This document shows, piece after piece, positions 49,997 through 59,841 of a DNA stretch of 64,000 bases (position 1 is its first letter; every line of letters starts with the position of its first letter). The stretch is from the IMG/VR virus record IMGVR_UViG_3300032327_000953, positions 32,001-96,000 of that record. One strand, written 5' to 3'. The notes under the pieces are model-generated. The model saw only the letters and a program-made list of their open reading frames with translations. It was not told where the DNA came from and did not search any database. Made by a program: the position numbers and the translations under genes. Origin of the DNA: a virus (lineage: Duplodnaviria > Caudoviricetes).

Positions 49997-50407
49997 TTAT
50001 AACTTATTAAAAAATGAACTTAATGCTATATTTTTAAAATCAAATCCAGATAATGTGCTAATTTTTGTTCCATTAGCTGCCGAGTATGGAATGAATTGAA
50101 TATCTCCAGTAGATGTCAATACTCCTCCATAATAAGCTCCAGTTGAACTACTATATAATAAGCTATATGTACTGACGGTGCCAGAAGAGTTTATTTTTTG
50201 TCCAACAGCAGCAGCATAAGGGATAAAGTGGACATCTCCATTTGGTGATAAAACACCACCTTGATAAGCACCACTACTATTAGTATATATTAAACTATAT
50301 GTACTAACTGTTCCACTACTATTAATTTTTTGACCAACAGCGGCTGCCGAAGGAACGAAATGAGTATCTCCATTTGCGGCTAAAACCCCACCAGCATAAA
50401 TACCCAT
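49997..50407 (-). CDS. C-terminal three-repeat piece of a 43-aa-repeat beta-propeller protein (136 aa)
   Basis: Starts mid-repeat (MGIYAGGVL); three GGVL-x-x-NGD repeats; ends SSFFNKL like the paralogues (FLNKF). Confidence 0.7.
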   Translation of the reverse strand: MGIYAGGVLAANGDTHFVPSAAAVGQKINSSGTVSTYSLIYTNSSGAYQGGVLSPNGDVHFIPYAAAVGQKINSSGTVSTYSLLYSSSTGAYYGGVLTSTGDIQFIPYSAANGTKISTLSGFDFKNIALSSFFNKL

Positions 50408-50410
50408 AGT

Positions 50411-50905
50411 TTATAATTCTCCTTTTTGCAAACTTTGCCAAAGTAATATATCATTAAAATATATTTCTATTACTTTATTTTCTTGTTCTTTAGTTAATAT
50501 TGGTTTTTGAGATTCATCTACTGAGTCAAGTTTTGGTAATGGTACAGTGATTCCGATCCAATCTGCACATTCTTGTAGTTGATCTTCAAAACGAAAATAT
50601 TTTACAAAATTTCCACTTGGTAGAGGTTTATATCTTGGGTGACTTAATTGATATTCTACTGTCGAATTAGCATGAGCAACCATACTTTTAAATCTTTCAA
50701 TAGGATTTCTAACAATTATACCAACATTTTCTTGAGTTCCATCGAATGATAAGTCTTCTGGAAAGGCTGCTGCTGCGTGTGCGAAATTCTCAAGTGAGAT
50801 TTCTGGCCAGAATGTTTGCATAGCGGCCATTGCTATAGAATGACTAGCAGTTCGTGGGGCCAATAACAGATATTTTCCATTTGGAGCATGAAGAAGAAAT
50901 CCCAT
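50411..50905 (-). CDS. Sulfotransferase family 2-like protein
   Basis: APRTASHS (5'-PSB-like), VRNPIERFKS (3'-PB-like), FRFE, and a C-terminal EQ..V..IY..D..LW pattern. AAGGA RBS before ATG 50905. Confidence 0.7.
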   Translation of the reverse strand: MGFLLHAPNGKYLLLAPRTASHSIAMAAMQTFWPEISLENFAHAAAAFPEDLSFDGTQENVGIIVRNPIERFKSMVAHANSTVEYQLSHPRYKPLPSGNFVKYFRFEDQLQECADWIGITVPLPKLDSVDESQKPILTKEQENKVIEIYFNDILLWQSLQKGEL

Positions 50906-50923
50906 AAATAATCCTTTCAAAAA

Positions 50924-52300
50924 TTAAGTAAAATATAAAACTACAGCACCAAGACCATTCCCTCCACCATATCCACTAGTGATTTTTGTGGGCGTTCCCT
51001 TTTTGATTGCTCCACCGGAACCAAACGCAGCAGTTGTACCTTGATCCTCTGTGGCTTTTCCTCCAGCTAAAGTCACTGCTGCTTTTAGGCCAGATATGTC
51101 AATCATCGGGGTGCGTTGGAATGTTGTTGTTGCGCCGTCTGCTCCACCTAATGCTCCATAGGCTTCTCCGGTCCAATCGCCATCTTGTGCATTTCCTCCG
51201 TTCGCACCACCATCACCACCAGTAAATGATCCACCGCCAAATCCCGGTGTATTACCGAGCCAACCGCTATAGCCTTTAATTATTGTACTAGAAAAGGTAA
51301 CACTTGTTGTATTGGTAGCGCTAGTTGAAGATGTAGTAGTATTGATACCAGTGCCAATTGCATAAGTTACGCTTGCACCTCCGCTTACACCTGTCCATGT
51401 TTTATAAGCAACACCGCCAGCACCTGCTAAAGAACCATAGCCTCCGCCTGTTGTTCCGTCGATACCTCCCGGCCCAACAGCCCAAGCCTTCATGGTTGTT
51501 GCTCCTGCGGGTATAGTGAAGCTTGTGCCAGAAGTTAAAATATAAGCAACAGGAGAGAAACCTCCGCCTCCAGCGGCTACGGTATATACCAAACTATATG
51601 TGCTCACCACGCCAGCACTACTAATCTTCTGACCAACAGTAGCATTAAATGGAATAAAATTTATATCACCATTAGGTGCCAATACTCCACCATAATAAGC
51701 ATTAGATGTTGTATATACTAAACTATATGTACTCACCACACCAGCACTACTAATTTTTTGTCCTCTGTTTGCACTACATGGAATAAAGTGAGTGTCACCG
51801 TTTGTTCCTAATACTCCACCAACATACGCTGCTGATGTTGTGTAGACTAAACTATAGGTGCTCACCACTCCCGAACTATTTAATTTTTGTCCAACAGCAG
51901 CACTAAAAGGAATAAAATTTATATCACCGTTTGGCGATAAAACTCCACCGGCATAAGCTGTTGCAACTGTAGAATACACTAAACTATATGTACTAACTAT
52001 TCCAAGGTTACTAATTTTTTGACCTCTATTTGCACTATGCGGGATAAGGTTGATATCTCCGTTTGAACTTAATATCCCTCCTATGTAGGCAGAAGATGTG
52101 GTATATACTAAGCTATAAGTACTAACAACAGCATTAGTAAAAACAGCAGAGCCAGTGGTTGATTCATCCAATATGGTTTTTAATTTGTTCCACGCCACAA
52201 GACCAGTATCTATAGAACTATTATCGCTAGATGGAACTGCTCCATTAACAAGACTTTGAACTTCCAATAAAAATTTTGGTGAAACTAAATGAGTACTCAT
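50924..52300 (-). CDS. Chimeric fibre protein: four 43-aa propeller repeats plus a glycine-rich fibre-tip domain (458 aa)
   Basis: Paralogue N-terminus and four repeats, then an abrupt switch at about 51580 to ILTSGTSFTIPAGATTMKAWAVGPGG...GYGGGNGLGAVVLYFT. Confidence 0.75.
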   Translation of the reverse strand: MSTHLVSPKFLLEVQSLVNGAVPSSDNSSIDTGLVAWNKLKTILDESTTGSAVFTNAVVSTYSLVYTTSSAYIGGILSSNGDINLIPHSANRGQKISNLGIVSTYSLVYSTVATAYAGGVLSPNGDINFIPFSAAVGQKLNSSGVVSTYSLVYTTSAAYVGGVLGTNGDTHFIPCSANRGQKISSAGVVSTYSLVYTTSNAYYGGVLAPNGDINFIPFNATVGQKISSAGVVSTYSLVYTVAAGGGGFSPVAYILTSGTSFTIPAGATTMKAWAVGPGGIDGTTGGGYGSLAGAGGVAYKTWTGVSGGASVTYAIGTGINTTTSSTSATNTTSVTFSSTIIKGYSGWLGNTPGFGGGSFTGGDGGANGGNAQDGDWTGEAYGALGGADGATTTFQRTPMIDISGLKAAVTLAGGKATEDQGTTAAFGSGGAIKKGTPTKITSGYGGGNGLGAVVLYFT

Positions 52301-52301
52301 A

Positions 52302-53429
52302 TTAAAACTTATTTAAAAATGGTGAACAACATAATCCAATATTTAATGGTTTAGCTGGAAGTATTGATATTTTTTGTCCTACAGCAGCATAGTGTGGTAT
52401 TGAATAAATATCTCCATTCGAAGATATTACTCCTCCAATATTGCTATTAGAATTAGTATATACCAAGCTATATGTACTTACAATCCCATTGGTATCTATT
52501 CTTTGTCCTACTCTTCCATTATAATTCATCAAATAAATATTTCCATCTGGTCCGATTACTCCGCCAGTGTAACCATCTCCTACTGTATAGATTAAACTGT
52601 ATGTACTAACAATACCATCTATATTGACTTTTTGTCCTACTGGCGCTCCTCTGGGTATAAAATGAATATCTCCGTTTGGCGATAAAACACCGCCAGCATA
52701 AGCATAAGCTGCCGTATATATTAAACTATATGTACTTACCACTCCACTACTGCTAATTTTTTGTCCTACATTAGAACTAAAAGGAATAAAATAAATATCT
52801 CCCTTTGGACCAAGAACACCACCAACATAATTAAGAGATTGTGTACGAATTAAACTATATGTACTTACCACACCACTAGCACTTATTTTTTGTCCACGAT
52901 TGGTAGAAAATGGAACAAAGTAAATATCTCCATTACCAGCGACAACTCCTCCTGAGTAATTACTAACAGACGTATAAACAAGGCTATAAGTACTAACAAT
53001 ACCAGCACTACTAATCTTTTGACCAACAGCGGCATTCAAAGGAATAAAGTGTATATCTCCATTATTAGCCAAAACACCGCCATAATAAGCTGATGTTGTT
53101 GTATAAATTAAACTATATGTACTAACAATACCATTGCTATTAATTCTTTGTCCAACAGTAGCGCTATGTGGAATAAAATTTATATCTCCATTTGGCGATA
53201 ATATCCCACCGGAATAAGATCCTACTGCGGTATAAACTAAGCTATAAGTACTAACAATAGGACTACTAAAACTTTTTCCATTATTAGCTGACTTTTCCAA
53301 TAATGTCTTGATCTTATTCCAAGCAACTAGATCGGTACCTATGCTACTATTATCGCAAGTTGGGATAGCTCCTCTTGCTTTGTTTTGAACTTCCGTTCGC
53401 CATGTTGGTGATATGTCGTATATTGCCAT
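52302..53429 (-). CDS. Seven-repeat beta-propeller-like protein (375 aa)
   Basis: Seven copies of the about 43-aa unit GxVSTYSLVYTxxxxYxGGVLxxNGDIxFIPxxAxVGQKI. Confidence 0.8.
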   Translation of the reverse strand: MAIYDISPTWRTEVQNKARGAIPTCDNSSIGTDLVAWNKIKTLLEKSANNGKSFSSPIVSTYSLVYTAVGSYSGGILSPNGDINFIPHSATVGQRINSNGIVSTYSLIYTTTSAYYGGVLANNGDIHFIPLNAAVGQKISSAGIVSTYSLVYTSVSNYSGGVVAGNGDIYFVPFSTNRGQKISASGVVSTYSLIRTQSLNYVGGVLGPKGDIYFIPFSSNVGQKISSSGVVSTYSLIYTAAYAYAGGVLSPNGDIHFIPRGAPVGQKVNIDGIVSTYSLIYTVGDGYTGGVIGPDGNIYLMNYNGRVGQRIDTNGIVSTYSLVYTNSNSNIGGVISSNGDIYSIPHYAAVGQKISILPAKPLNIGLCCSPFLNKF

Positions 53430-53432
53430 AGT

Positions 53433-54569
53433 TTAAAATTTGTTTAAGAAGGATGAACAACAAGTTCCAATATCAAAAGGAAGGGATGCTGTGGTAGAGA
53501 TTTTTTGACCAATCCCACCCTGAAATGGAATAAAATAAATGTCTCCATTTGGAGCCAAAACTCCACCCACATAAGCATATGCGACTGTTCTAATTAAACT
53601 GTATGTGCTAACAACTCCACTGCTGCTAATTTTTTGCCCTCTATTAGCACTCAATGGAATAAAGTGAATATCTCCATTTGGAGCCAGTAATCCTCCGAAA
53701 TAGGCTTCGTTGACGGTGTATACCAAGCTATAAGTGCTAACCACGCCGCTACTACTTATTTTTTGTCCTACTCTGGCTTGTCTTGGAATAAAATGAACTT
53801 CTCCATTTGAAGACAATACCCCGCCACAATAAGCATTACCAGATGTGGTGTAGACTAAACTATAAGTGCTGACCACTCCGCCACTGCTAATTTTTTGCCC
53901 AACCCCCGTCACTTGTGGAACAAAATGTATATCTCCGTTAGCCGCTAAGACTCCACCAACATAGGTTTCACTGGTGCTTGTATAGACCAAGCTATAGGTA
54001 CTGACAACGCCACTGCTGTTTATTTTTTGTCCCACAGGCGCTGTTGCTGACACAAAATGAATGTCTCCGTTTGGAGCAACTACTCCACCGAAATAAGCAC
54101 CAGTAGTATTAGTGTAAATTAAACTGTATGTACTAACTACGCCGCTGCTGTTTATTTTTTGACCAACTCTTGCCGTATTTGGAACAAAATGAACATCTCC
54201 ATTTGAAGCTAAAACTCCACCAGCATAGGCGTTGGATGTTGTGTAAACTAAACTGTAGGTGCTAACAACTCCACCACTACTAATTTTTTGTCCAATATTG
54301 GCTACTCTAGGGATAAAGTGTATGTCTCCATTGGGAGTAATAATTCCTCCTCCAAATACTCCCGCACTATAAACCAAACTATAAGTGCTAACTATAGGAT
54401 TACTAAAAACGCTCCCGGCAGTAACACTTTTGTTCAAAAGACTTTTAAAGTTATTCCAAGAAGCTAAAAAGGTATCAATACTACTATCATCACCAGATGG
54501 TAGAAAACCATTAGCTGCTATTTGAACATTGTCATCCCATTTTGGAGATATAATATTAATGTCTGGCAT
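53433..54569 (-). CDS. Seven-repeat beta-propeller-like protein (378 aa), paralogue
   Basis: Seven copies of the same unit; shares the N-terminal SPxW..VQ...G..P..D.SSI.T.L..WN and the C-terminal FLNKF. Confidence 0.8.
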   Translation of the reverse strand: MPDINIISPKWDDNVQIAANGFLPSGDDSSIDTFLASWNNFKSLLNKSVTAGSVFSNPIVSTYSLVYSAGVFGGGIITPNGDIHFIPRVANIGQKISSGGVVSTYSLVYTTSNAYAGGVLASNGDVHFVPNTARVGQKINSSGVVSTYSLIYTNTTGAYFGGVVAPNGDIHFVSATAPVGQKINSSGVVSTYSLVYTSTSETYVGGVLAANGDIHFVPQVTGVGQKISSGGVVSTYSLVYTTSGNAYCGGVLSSNGEVHFIPRQARVGQKISSSGVVSTYSLVYTVNEAYFGGLLAPNGDIHFIPLSANRGQKISSSGVVSTYSLIRTVAYAYVGGVLAPNGDIYFIPFQGGIGQKISTTASLPFDIGTCCSSFLNKF

Positions 54570-54570
54570 A

Positions 54571-57500
54571 CTACACTCCTATTACCGTTACTCGGTATTG
54601 GTTTGTTGTTGGTGCAGATACAAATATTACTTGGATAGAATTGGTACCCACATAAAGTATATCAGGATAAACATAATAACCAGTGGCAACTTCTCTAACG
54701 ATGACGAAAGAGTCGCTAGTTACACCTAGACTATGGGTGACTGTATAGGTGGTGTTAATTCCATCTCCTATTGTTGTGGAATATGTTGATGCTATACCCT
54801 TTGTGCCTTGAACACCTTGGCTATTTAGATTACCCTGAACACCTTGAAGACCTTGGGTTCCTTGACTATTTAATGTGCCCTGTACTCCTTGAGTCCCTTG
54901 ACTATTTAATGCTCCTTGTACACCTTGACTTCCCTGACTACCATTAGATCCAACAACTCCTTGAACACCCTGCAAACCTTGAACGCCTTGACTTCCGTTC
55001 GATCCGGCACTACCAACGGTACCTTGTACGCCCTGACTGCCTGCCCCAGCTACTCCCTGAGTTCCTTGAGATACTGTAGATGCTATAGTAAGAGTATCAG
55101 TGCCTGCATCGTAATTGAGAGATATTGCTGTACCTCCCTGTAATGATGTTGTTAAATTAGCATAACCTCCTTGTAGACCCTGTAATCCTTGACTACCAAG
55201 TAAGCCTTGACTTCCAACACTTCCTTGAACTCCTTGACTACCACCCAATCCCTGAACTCCCTGAGAGCCTTGAATGCCCTGATTTCCATTAGATCCAGAT
55301 GAGCCGGTATTGCCTTGAGCACCCTGACTACCGTTAGATCCAGATGATCCGACAATACCTTGACTACCTTGACTTCCAACAAATCCATTAGAGCCAACTG
55401 TTCCTTGAGTTCCTTGGCTGTTTAATGTTCCCTGAACACCCTGTAGGCCTTGTAGACCTTGACCACCTATACTTCCTTGGAGTCCTTGTGAGCCTTGGTT
55501 GCCCACCAAACCTTGAACACCCTGACTGCCTGTATTACCTAAAGTACCCTGAGTGCCTTGACTACCATTAGATCCGGTACTACCAACGGTACCTTGAACG
55601 CCTTGACTACCGATGCTACCTTGAACACCCTGACTTCCGATACTTCCTTGAAGTCCTTGTGAGCCTTGACTGCCCGTATTACCTAATGTGCCTTGTGTTC
55701 CTTGACTACCATTTGATCCAGTACTGCCAATGGTACCTTGAGTTCCTTGGCTTCCAGCCCCAGTAGTTCCTTGTGTTCCTTGAGATACTGTAGATGCTAT
55801 CGTTAAAGTATCTGTTCCAGCATCATAATTAAGAGTTATTGCTGTACCACCTTGTAATGAAGTGGTTAAGTTAGCATAACCTCCTTGTAGTCCCTGTGTT
55901 CCTTGTATTCCTTGACTACCGATGCTACCTTGAACACCTTGACTACCGATGCTACCTTGAAGTCCCTGCAAACCTTGAATACCCTGACTGCCAATAACTC
56001 CTTGGATACCTTGTAATCCTTGAAGTCCCTGACTTCCACTTAATCCCTGAGATCCTTGACTACCAATAATTCCCTGTAAACCTTGACTTCCTTGAACTCC
56101 CTGAGTTCCTTGTAGACCTTGAACTCCTTGTAGTCCTTGAGAACCTTGAAGCCCTTGACTTCCTATAGTTCCTTGAAGACCTTGAGTTCCTTGAGTTCCT
56201 TGACTACCTTGACTTCCAATACTACCTTGAACACCTTGGGTTCCTTGGCTACCTTGGCTTCCGATGCTTCCGATGCTTCCTTGTGAACCTTGAGATCCTT
56301 GACTACCAATAATACCTTGAAGGCCTTGTAAACCTTGAATTCCTTGACTACCGATACTTCCTTGAGCCCCTTGTAAGCCTTGAACTCCTTGGCTACCAAC
56401 TAAGCCTTGAACACCCTGAGAGCCTTGAGACCCTTGACTTCCAGCATTACCTTGGAGTCCCTGCAGTCCTTGTAACCCCTGACTTCCGATACTACCTTGA
56501 ACGCCTTGACTACCAATAATACCTTGAATTCCCTGTAATCCCTGACTGCCCTGAGACCCAACAAGACCTTGAAGTCCTTGTAATCCTTGAGATCCTTGAT
56601 TTCCAGATAAACCTTGTAAGCCTTGCAAACCTTGAATTCCCTGAGAACCAATACTTCCTTGAACTCCTTGAGAACTTTCTAATCCTTGAACACCCTGATT
56701 ACCCTGTAATCCTTGTACTCCTTGACTACCAATGCTACCTTGAACACCCTGCAAACCTTGACTCCCCTGGCTGCCGATAGTACCTTGAATTCCCTGCAAG
56801 CCTTGACTACCGACAGTTCCTTGAAGTCCTTGGACTCCTTGGCTACCAATACTTCCTTGAACTCCCTGTATCCCCTGTAAACCTTGTATACCCTGACTAC
56901 CAACCAAACCTTGAACACCTTGTCTTCCTTGCAGCCCTTGAGAACCTTGGCTACCTATGGCTCCTTGAACGCCCTGCAAGCCTTGAATGCCTTGTAAACC
57001 TTGGTTACCTTGGACTCCTTGTAAACCTTGACTGCCAATATTTCCTTGAACTCCCTGAGTTCCTTGAGATCCCTGACTACCAATGGTTCCTTGTAGTCCT
57101 TGTAGGCCCTGTAGTCCTTGAGACCCTTGACTTCCGATACTCCCTTGAACCCCTTGTGTGCCTTGACTACCTTGACTACCAGCCAAACCTTGAATACCTT
57201 GCAATCCTTGTAGTCCTTGACTGCCGATACTTCCTTGAACTCCTTGCAAGCCTTGGCTACCCTGACTGCCAACCAAACCTTGAACACCTTGCAACCCCTG
57301 CAAACCCTGCAAACCTTGAACTCCCTGTAATCCTTGAGTTCCTTGTAATCCCTGCAATCCCTGTAATCCTTGGACACCTTGAAGTCCTTGATTACCCTGT
57401 AAGCCTTGAGATCCTTGCAGTCCTTGAACGCCTTGATTTCCCTCTAATCCTTGAATACCTTGGACTCCTTGCACTCCTTGAACGCCTTGTAGTCCCTGTA

Positions 57501-57771
57501 ATCCCTGAATACCTTGAACTCCTTGAGTACCTTGCATTCCCTGTAATCCTTGAACCCCATGTGATCCTTGAAGTCCTTGTGATCCTTGAACACCTTGTGT
57601 ACCTTGAACTCCAGCGATTGGTAATAATGACCATTTAAGTTCACCATCTCCAATTTTTAGTATATTATTTGTTGTATCATATCCTGGCTCTCCAGCCTCT
57701 AATACTGGATCGACATCTATCCACTCAGCATATGAACCTTTGCGGAGCATGAAAATATTATTTGCAGGCAT
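54571..57771 (-). CDS. Collagen-like fibre protein (Gly-X-Y with Y mostly Gln) with an Mtd/hyaluronidase-like N-terminal domain
   Basis: [35 protein letters not shown], then roughly 290 Gly-X-Y triplets, and a C-terminal [17 protein letters not shown] domain. Start probably ATG 57771 (MPANN); the ORF track gives 57816. Confidence 0.88.
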   Translation of the reverse strand: MPANNIFMLRKGSYAEWIDVDPVLEAGEPGYDTTNNILKIGDGELKWSLLPIAGVQGTQGVQGSQGLQGSHGVQGLQGMQGTQGVQGIQGLQGLQGVQGVQGVQGIQGLEGNQGVQGLQGSQGLQGNQGLQGVQGLQGLQGLQGTQGLQGVQGLQGLQGLQGVQGLVGSQGSQGLQGVQGSIGSQGLQGLQGIQGLAGSQGSQGTQGVQGSIGSQGSQGLQGLQGLQGTIGSQGSQGTQGVQGNIGSQGLQGVQGNQGLQGIQGLQGVQGAIGSQGSQGLQGRQGVQGLVGSQGIQGLQGIQGVQGSIGSQGVQGLQGTVGSQGLQGIQGTIGSQGSQGLQGVQGSIGSQGVQGLQGNQGVQGLESSQGVQGSIGSQGIQGLQGLQGLSGNQGSQGLQGLQGLVGSQGSQGLQGIQGIIGSQGVQGSIGSQGLQGLQGLQGNAGSQGSQGSQGVQGLVGSQGVQGLQGAQGSIGSQGIQGLQGLQGIIGSQGSQGSQGSIGSIGSQGSQGTQGVQGSIGSQGSQGTQGTQGLQGTIGSQGLQGSQGLQGVQGLQGTQGVQGSQGLQGIIGSQGSQGLSGSQGLQGLQGIQGVIGSQGIQGLQGLQGSIGSQGVQGSIGSQGIQGTQGLQGGYANLTTSLQGGTAITLNYDAGTDTLTIASTVSQGTQGTTGAGSQGTQGTIGSTGSNGSQGTQGTLGNTGSQGSQGLQGSIGSQGVQGSIGSQGVQGTVGSTGSNGSQGTQGTLGNTGSQGVQGLVGNQGSQGLQGSIGGQGLQGLQGVQGTLNSQGTQGTVGSNGFVGSQGSQGIVGSSGSNGSQGAQGNTGSSGSNGNQGIQGSQGVQGLGGSQGVQGSVGSQGLLGSQGLQGLQGGYANLTTSLQGGTAISLNYDAGTDTLTIASTVSQGTQGVAGAGSQGVQGTVGSAGSNGSQGVQGLQGVQGVVGSNGSQGSQGVQGALNSQGTQGVQGTLNSQGTQGLQGVQGNLNSQGVQGTKGIASTYSTTIGDGINTTYTVTHSLGVTSDSFVIVREVATGYYVYPDILYVGTNSIQVIFVSAPTTNQYRVTVIGV
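54800..57612 (-). repeat. Coding 9-nt-period collagen repeat with two copies of a 34-aa interruption
   Basis: Plus strand shows CCTTG/CCCTG every 9 nt; interruptions at about 55783-55884 and 55068-55170. Confidence 0.9.
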
Positions 57772-57811
57772 AATTGATCCATTTATAAAGGTGGTCAGGG
57801 ATATAGTAATA

Positions 57812-57817
57812 TACACT
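57812..57817 (-). promoter_or_regulatory. AGTGTA variant of the candidate late-promoter motif
   Basis: TAAGTGTATATTACTAT about 40 nt upstream of ATG 57771. Confidence 0.35.
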
Positions 57818-57858
57818 TATTTGATGCATACTATATCTATCTGCATATATTGACAATA

Positions 57859-59841
57859 TTAATGGAATATATGTTTCTCTATATTTTTGATACTATTGTT
57901 ATACATTGGTTCAAATTTTGAATAATCTATCAAATCCGGATGAATCCACCAATCTTCAAAAGGAGTACTATCGTCCATAGACACATCTCCAATTAATAGT
58001 TTATACCCTAAAGATTGAAGATAATTTCTAGATTTTTGTCTGTATGATCTGGTCATATCCAAATAGTAGTCATGCTCATATGTTATAATTGAGAATCTAT
58101 ATTTATCAAAAGGAATAGATAATAGAGTTTCGAATGTTTTGCCCGGAGGTTCGCAATCTAACTGTAAGTAATCAAAGTCCGTACCCATATTCAAATCATT
58201 TAATATACTGCTATAGTTTAATTTAGTAGCATCTCCCTGCATAATCTTATTAGATCTATTTGATTGAAATCTATTAACTAATTCTGTATTAATGTCTATA
58301 GATAATCCTTTCCACCCATATTGTTTTTCTAATAGATAAGTATTATTGCCAAAATATGGATCTCCAGCCCCTATCTCTAAATATTTACCATTTCTCTTAC
58401 CATTTGTTGCAGCTAATACAAACAGGTCTTGATATGACTGTGAATAATTCTCTTCTATGTCCTGAGCGCCATCAAATTTAATCTTTAATTTATTATATTG
58501 GTTTTTATGGTATTTAAGATGTTTCTGTCTTTTCTTCTCTATTTCTGTGAGTTGGTACTCAATGGTGGATAGTTGGCTTTCTGTTAATTTATGGTCACTA
58601 TCTATTATAGTATTTAGTAATGATCTAGACTGTTCTATTTTATCCCAGCTATTAGCTCCAGTTGCCCTGCACAATAATATAGACTCTTTACCAAAATATC
58701 CTATATCTATCCTGAGTGAAATATTATTAAAATCACAAATTTCTGAAGCTATAGAAGAATAAGTATAGCAGTCATACCATTGATGGTATTTTTCATAATG
58801 CTTTGAAAGTAGAAAGTATGCTTCCGGTCTTTTTGGTAATAAGGTAATAGCATGTTTTAATAAATGAGTTGATGTAAAGTCCCTACTTTTTTGAGCATCA
58901 AAACAGAAATATCCACGTATTAGACATTCATAAGATAAGTTAATATCGTTTGTTCTTTCTGCGCATCTTAGGTAATGACTAAATGCTGATGCTGTATGTC
59001 CTAATTTTTCATATTCATAAGCCATATCGAAATTCAGCTCTGCATTTTCTGTATCTAAAGCAAATCTGGTAGTCAGATCAATAGTATTAATATCAGATAT
59101 TTGTTTTTTATGTCCTTCATTTTTCCACCAATTTAAAATATAGTTATAAGAATTAACATGTATTTGATCGTTAGATTGTGAGAAATTAGTATTTGTATTA
59201 TTAATATCTTCAACAAAAAGAGGCATATTATATACAGATCCAATTCCTTCAAATAGTATATTTTCTACAATTGGAAAAAGGTCATATGTTACATACTCTC
59301 CGGGACTGATCTGAATTTTAGCATTAAAGTTATCAAGGTTAAAATGAGTATCAGAAATGTAGTATTTGCTAATTAGCTTTTTGGCGTATTCTCTTTTAAT
59401 TAAATAAGCCTGACATCCCCAGTCACTATTTAATCTTGATCTGGTTTTTATCTCTATATTATCAAAAGATTCTCTAATGCAACTAAGTTGAATACATTCC
59501 CAGTCTTGAGGTAGAGAGTATATAAAATATGAGAAAGTAAAGTTCCAATAATCGATAGTCTCTAAACTAATATCGTCTTCCATTATCATAACATATGGAT
59601 CTTCTGATGAGTCTAGCCAATCTTTAATAGCTAATAAATGAGAGGTTGTGGGTCCCTTACTATTATCATGTATATCATTTATGTATTTACCAGTAAGAGC
59701 AAATCTATCTACTTGATATGGTTTAAATTTTACTATTTTATAGTTATCTATATTATAAGCAGAACATTGATCTATGAAATTATCTATCCTATGGTCTGAT
59801 CCTTCTGTGGTTATGCAGATAATGCTCGATGATTTAAACAT
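57859..59841 (-). CDS. Fusion protein: GT25-like glycosyltransferase, TPR region and FkbM-like methyltransferase (660 aa)
   Basis: N-terminal SHLLAIKDWL, MIMEDD, WGCQAYLIKREYAKKL; middle TPR-like segment (AITLLPKRPEAYFLLS); C-terminal YSQSYQDLFV, YLEIGAGDP, GWKGLSID, DYLQLDCEP, ITYEHD. Confidence 0.8.
   Translation of the reverse strand: MFKSSSIICITTEGSDHRIDNFIDQCSAYNIDNYKIVKFKPYQVDRFALTGKYINDIHDNSKGPTTSHLLAIKDWLDSSEDPYVMIMEDDISLETIDYWNFTFSYFIYSLPQDWECIQLSCIRESFDNIEIKTRSRLNSDWGCQAYLIKREYAKKLISKYYISDTHFNLDNFNAKIQISPGEYVTYDLFPIVENILFEGIGSVYNMPLFVEDINNTNTNFSQSNDQIHVNSYNYILNWWKNEGHKKQISDINTIDLTTRFALDTENAELNFDMAYEYEKLGHTASAFSHYLRCAERTNDINLSYECLIRGYFCFDAQKSRDFTSTHLLKHAITLLPKRPEAYFLLSKHYEKYHQWYDCYTYSSIASEICDFNNISLRIDIGYFGKESILLCRATGANSWDKIEQSRSLLNTIIDSDHKLTESQLSTIEYQLTEIEKKRQKHLKYHKNQYNKLKIKFDGAQDIEENYSQSYQDLFVLAATNGKRNGKYLEIGAGDPYFGNNTYLLEKQYGWKGLSIDINTELVNRFQSNRSNKIMQGDATKLNYSSILNDLNMGTDFDYLQLDCEPPGKTFETLLSIPFDKYRFSIITYEHDYYLDMTRSYRQKSRNYLQSLGYKLLIGDVSMDDSTPFEDWWIHPDLIDYSKFEPMYNNSIKNIEKHIFH

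Noticed and set aside
49997-54569. Roughly 129-nt repeats as a CRISPR array or DGR template/variable repeats
   Set aside because: The repeats are in-frame coding units with synonymous divergence at all four bases, no unique spacers and no adenine-specific differences.
54916-57653. Many alternative-frame and antisense ORFs over the collagen gene
   Set aside because: They are by-products of the 9-nt periodicity, which excludes stops in other frames.
57850-57880. Plus-strand TTGACA at 57850
   Set aside because: There is no -10 hexamer at a 16-18 nt spacing and no plus-strand gene downstream.
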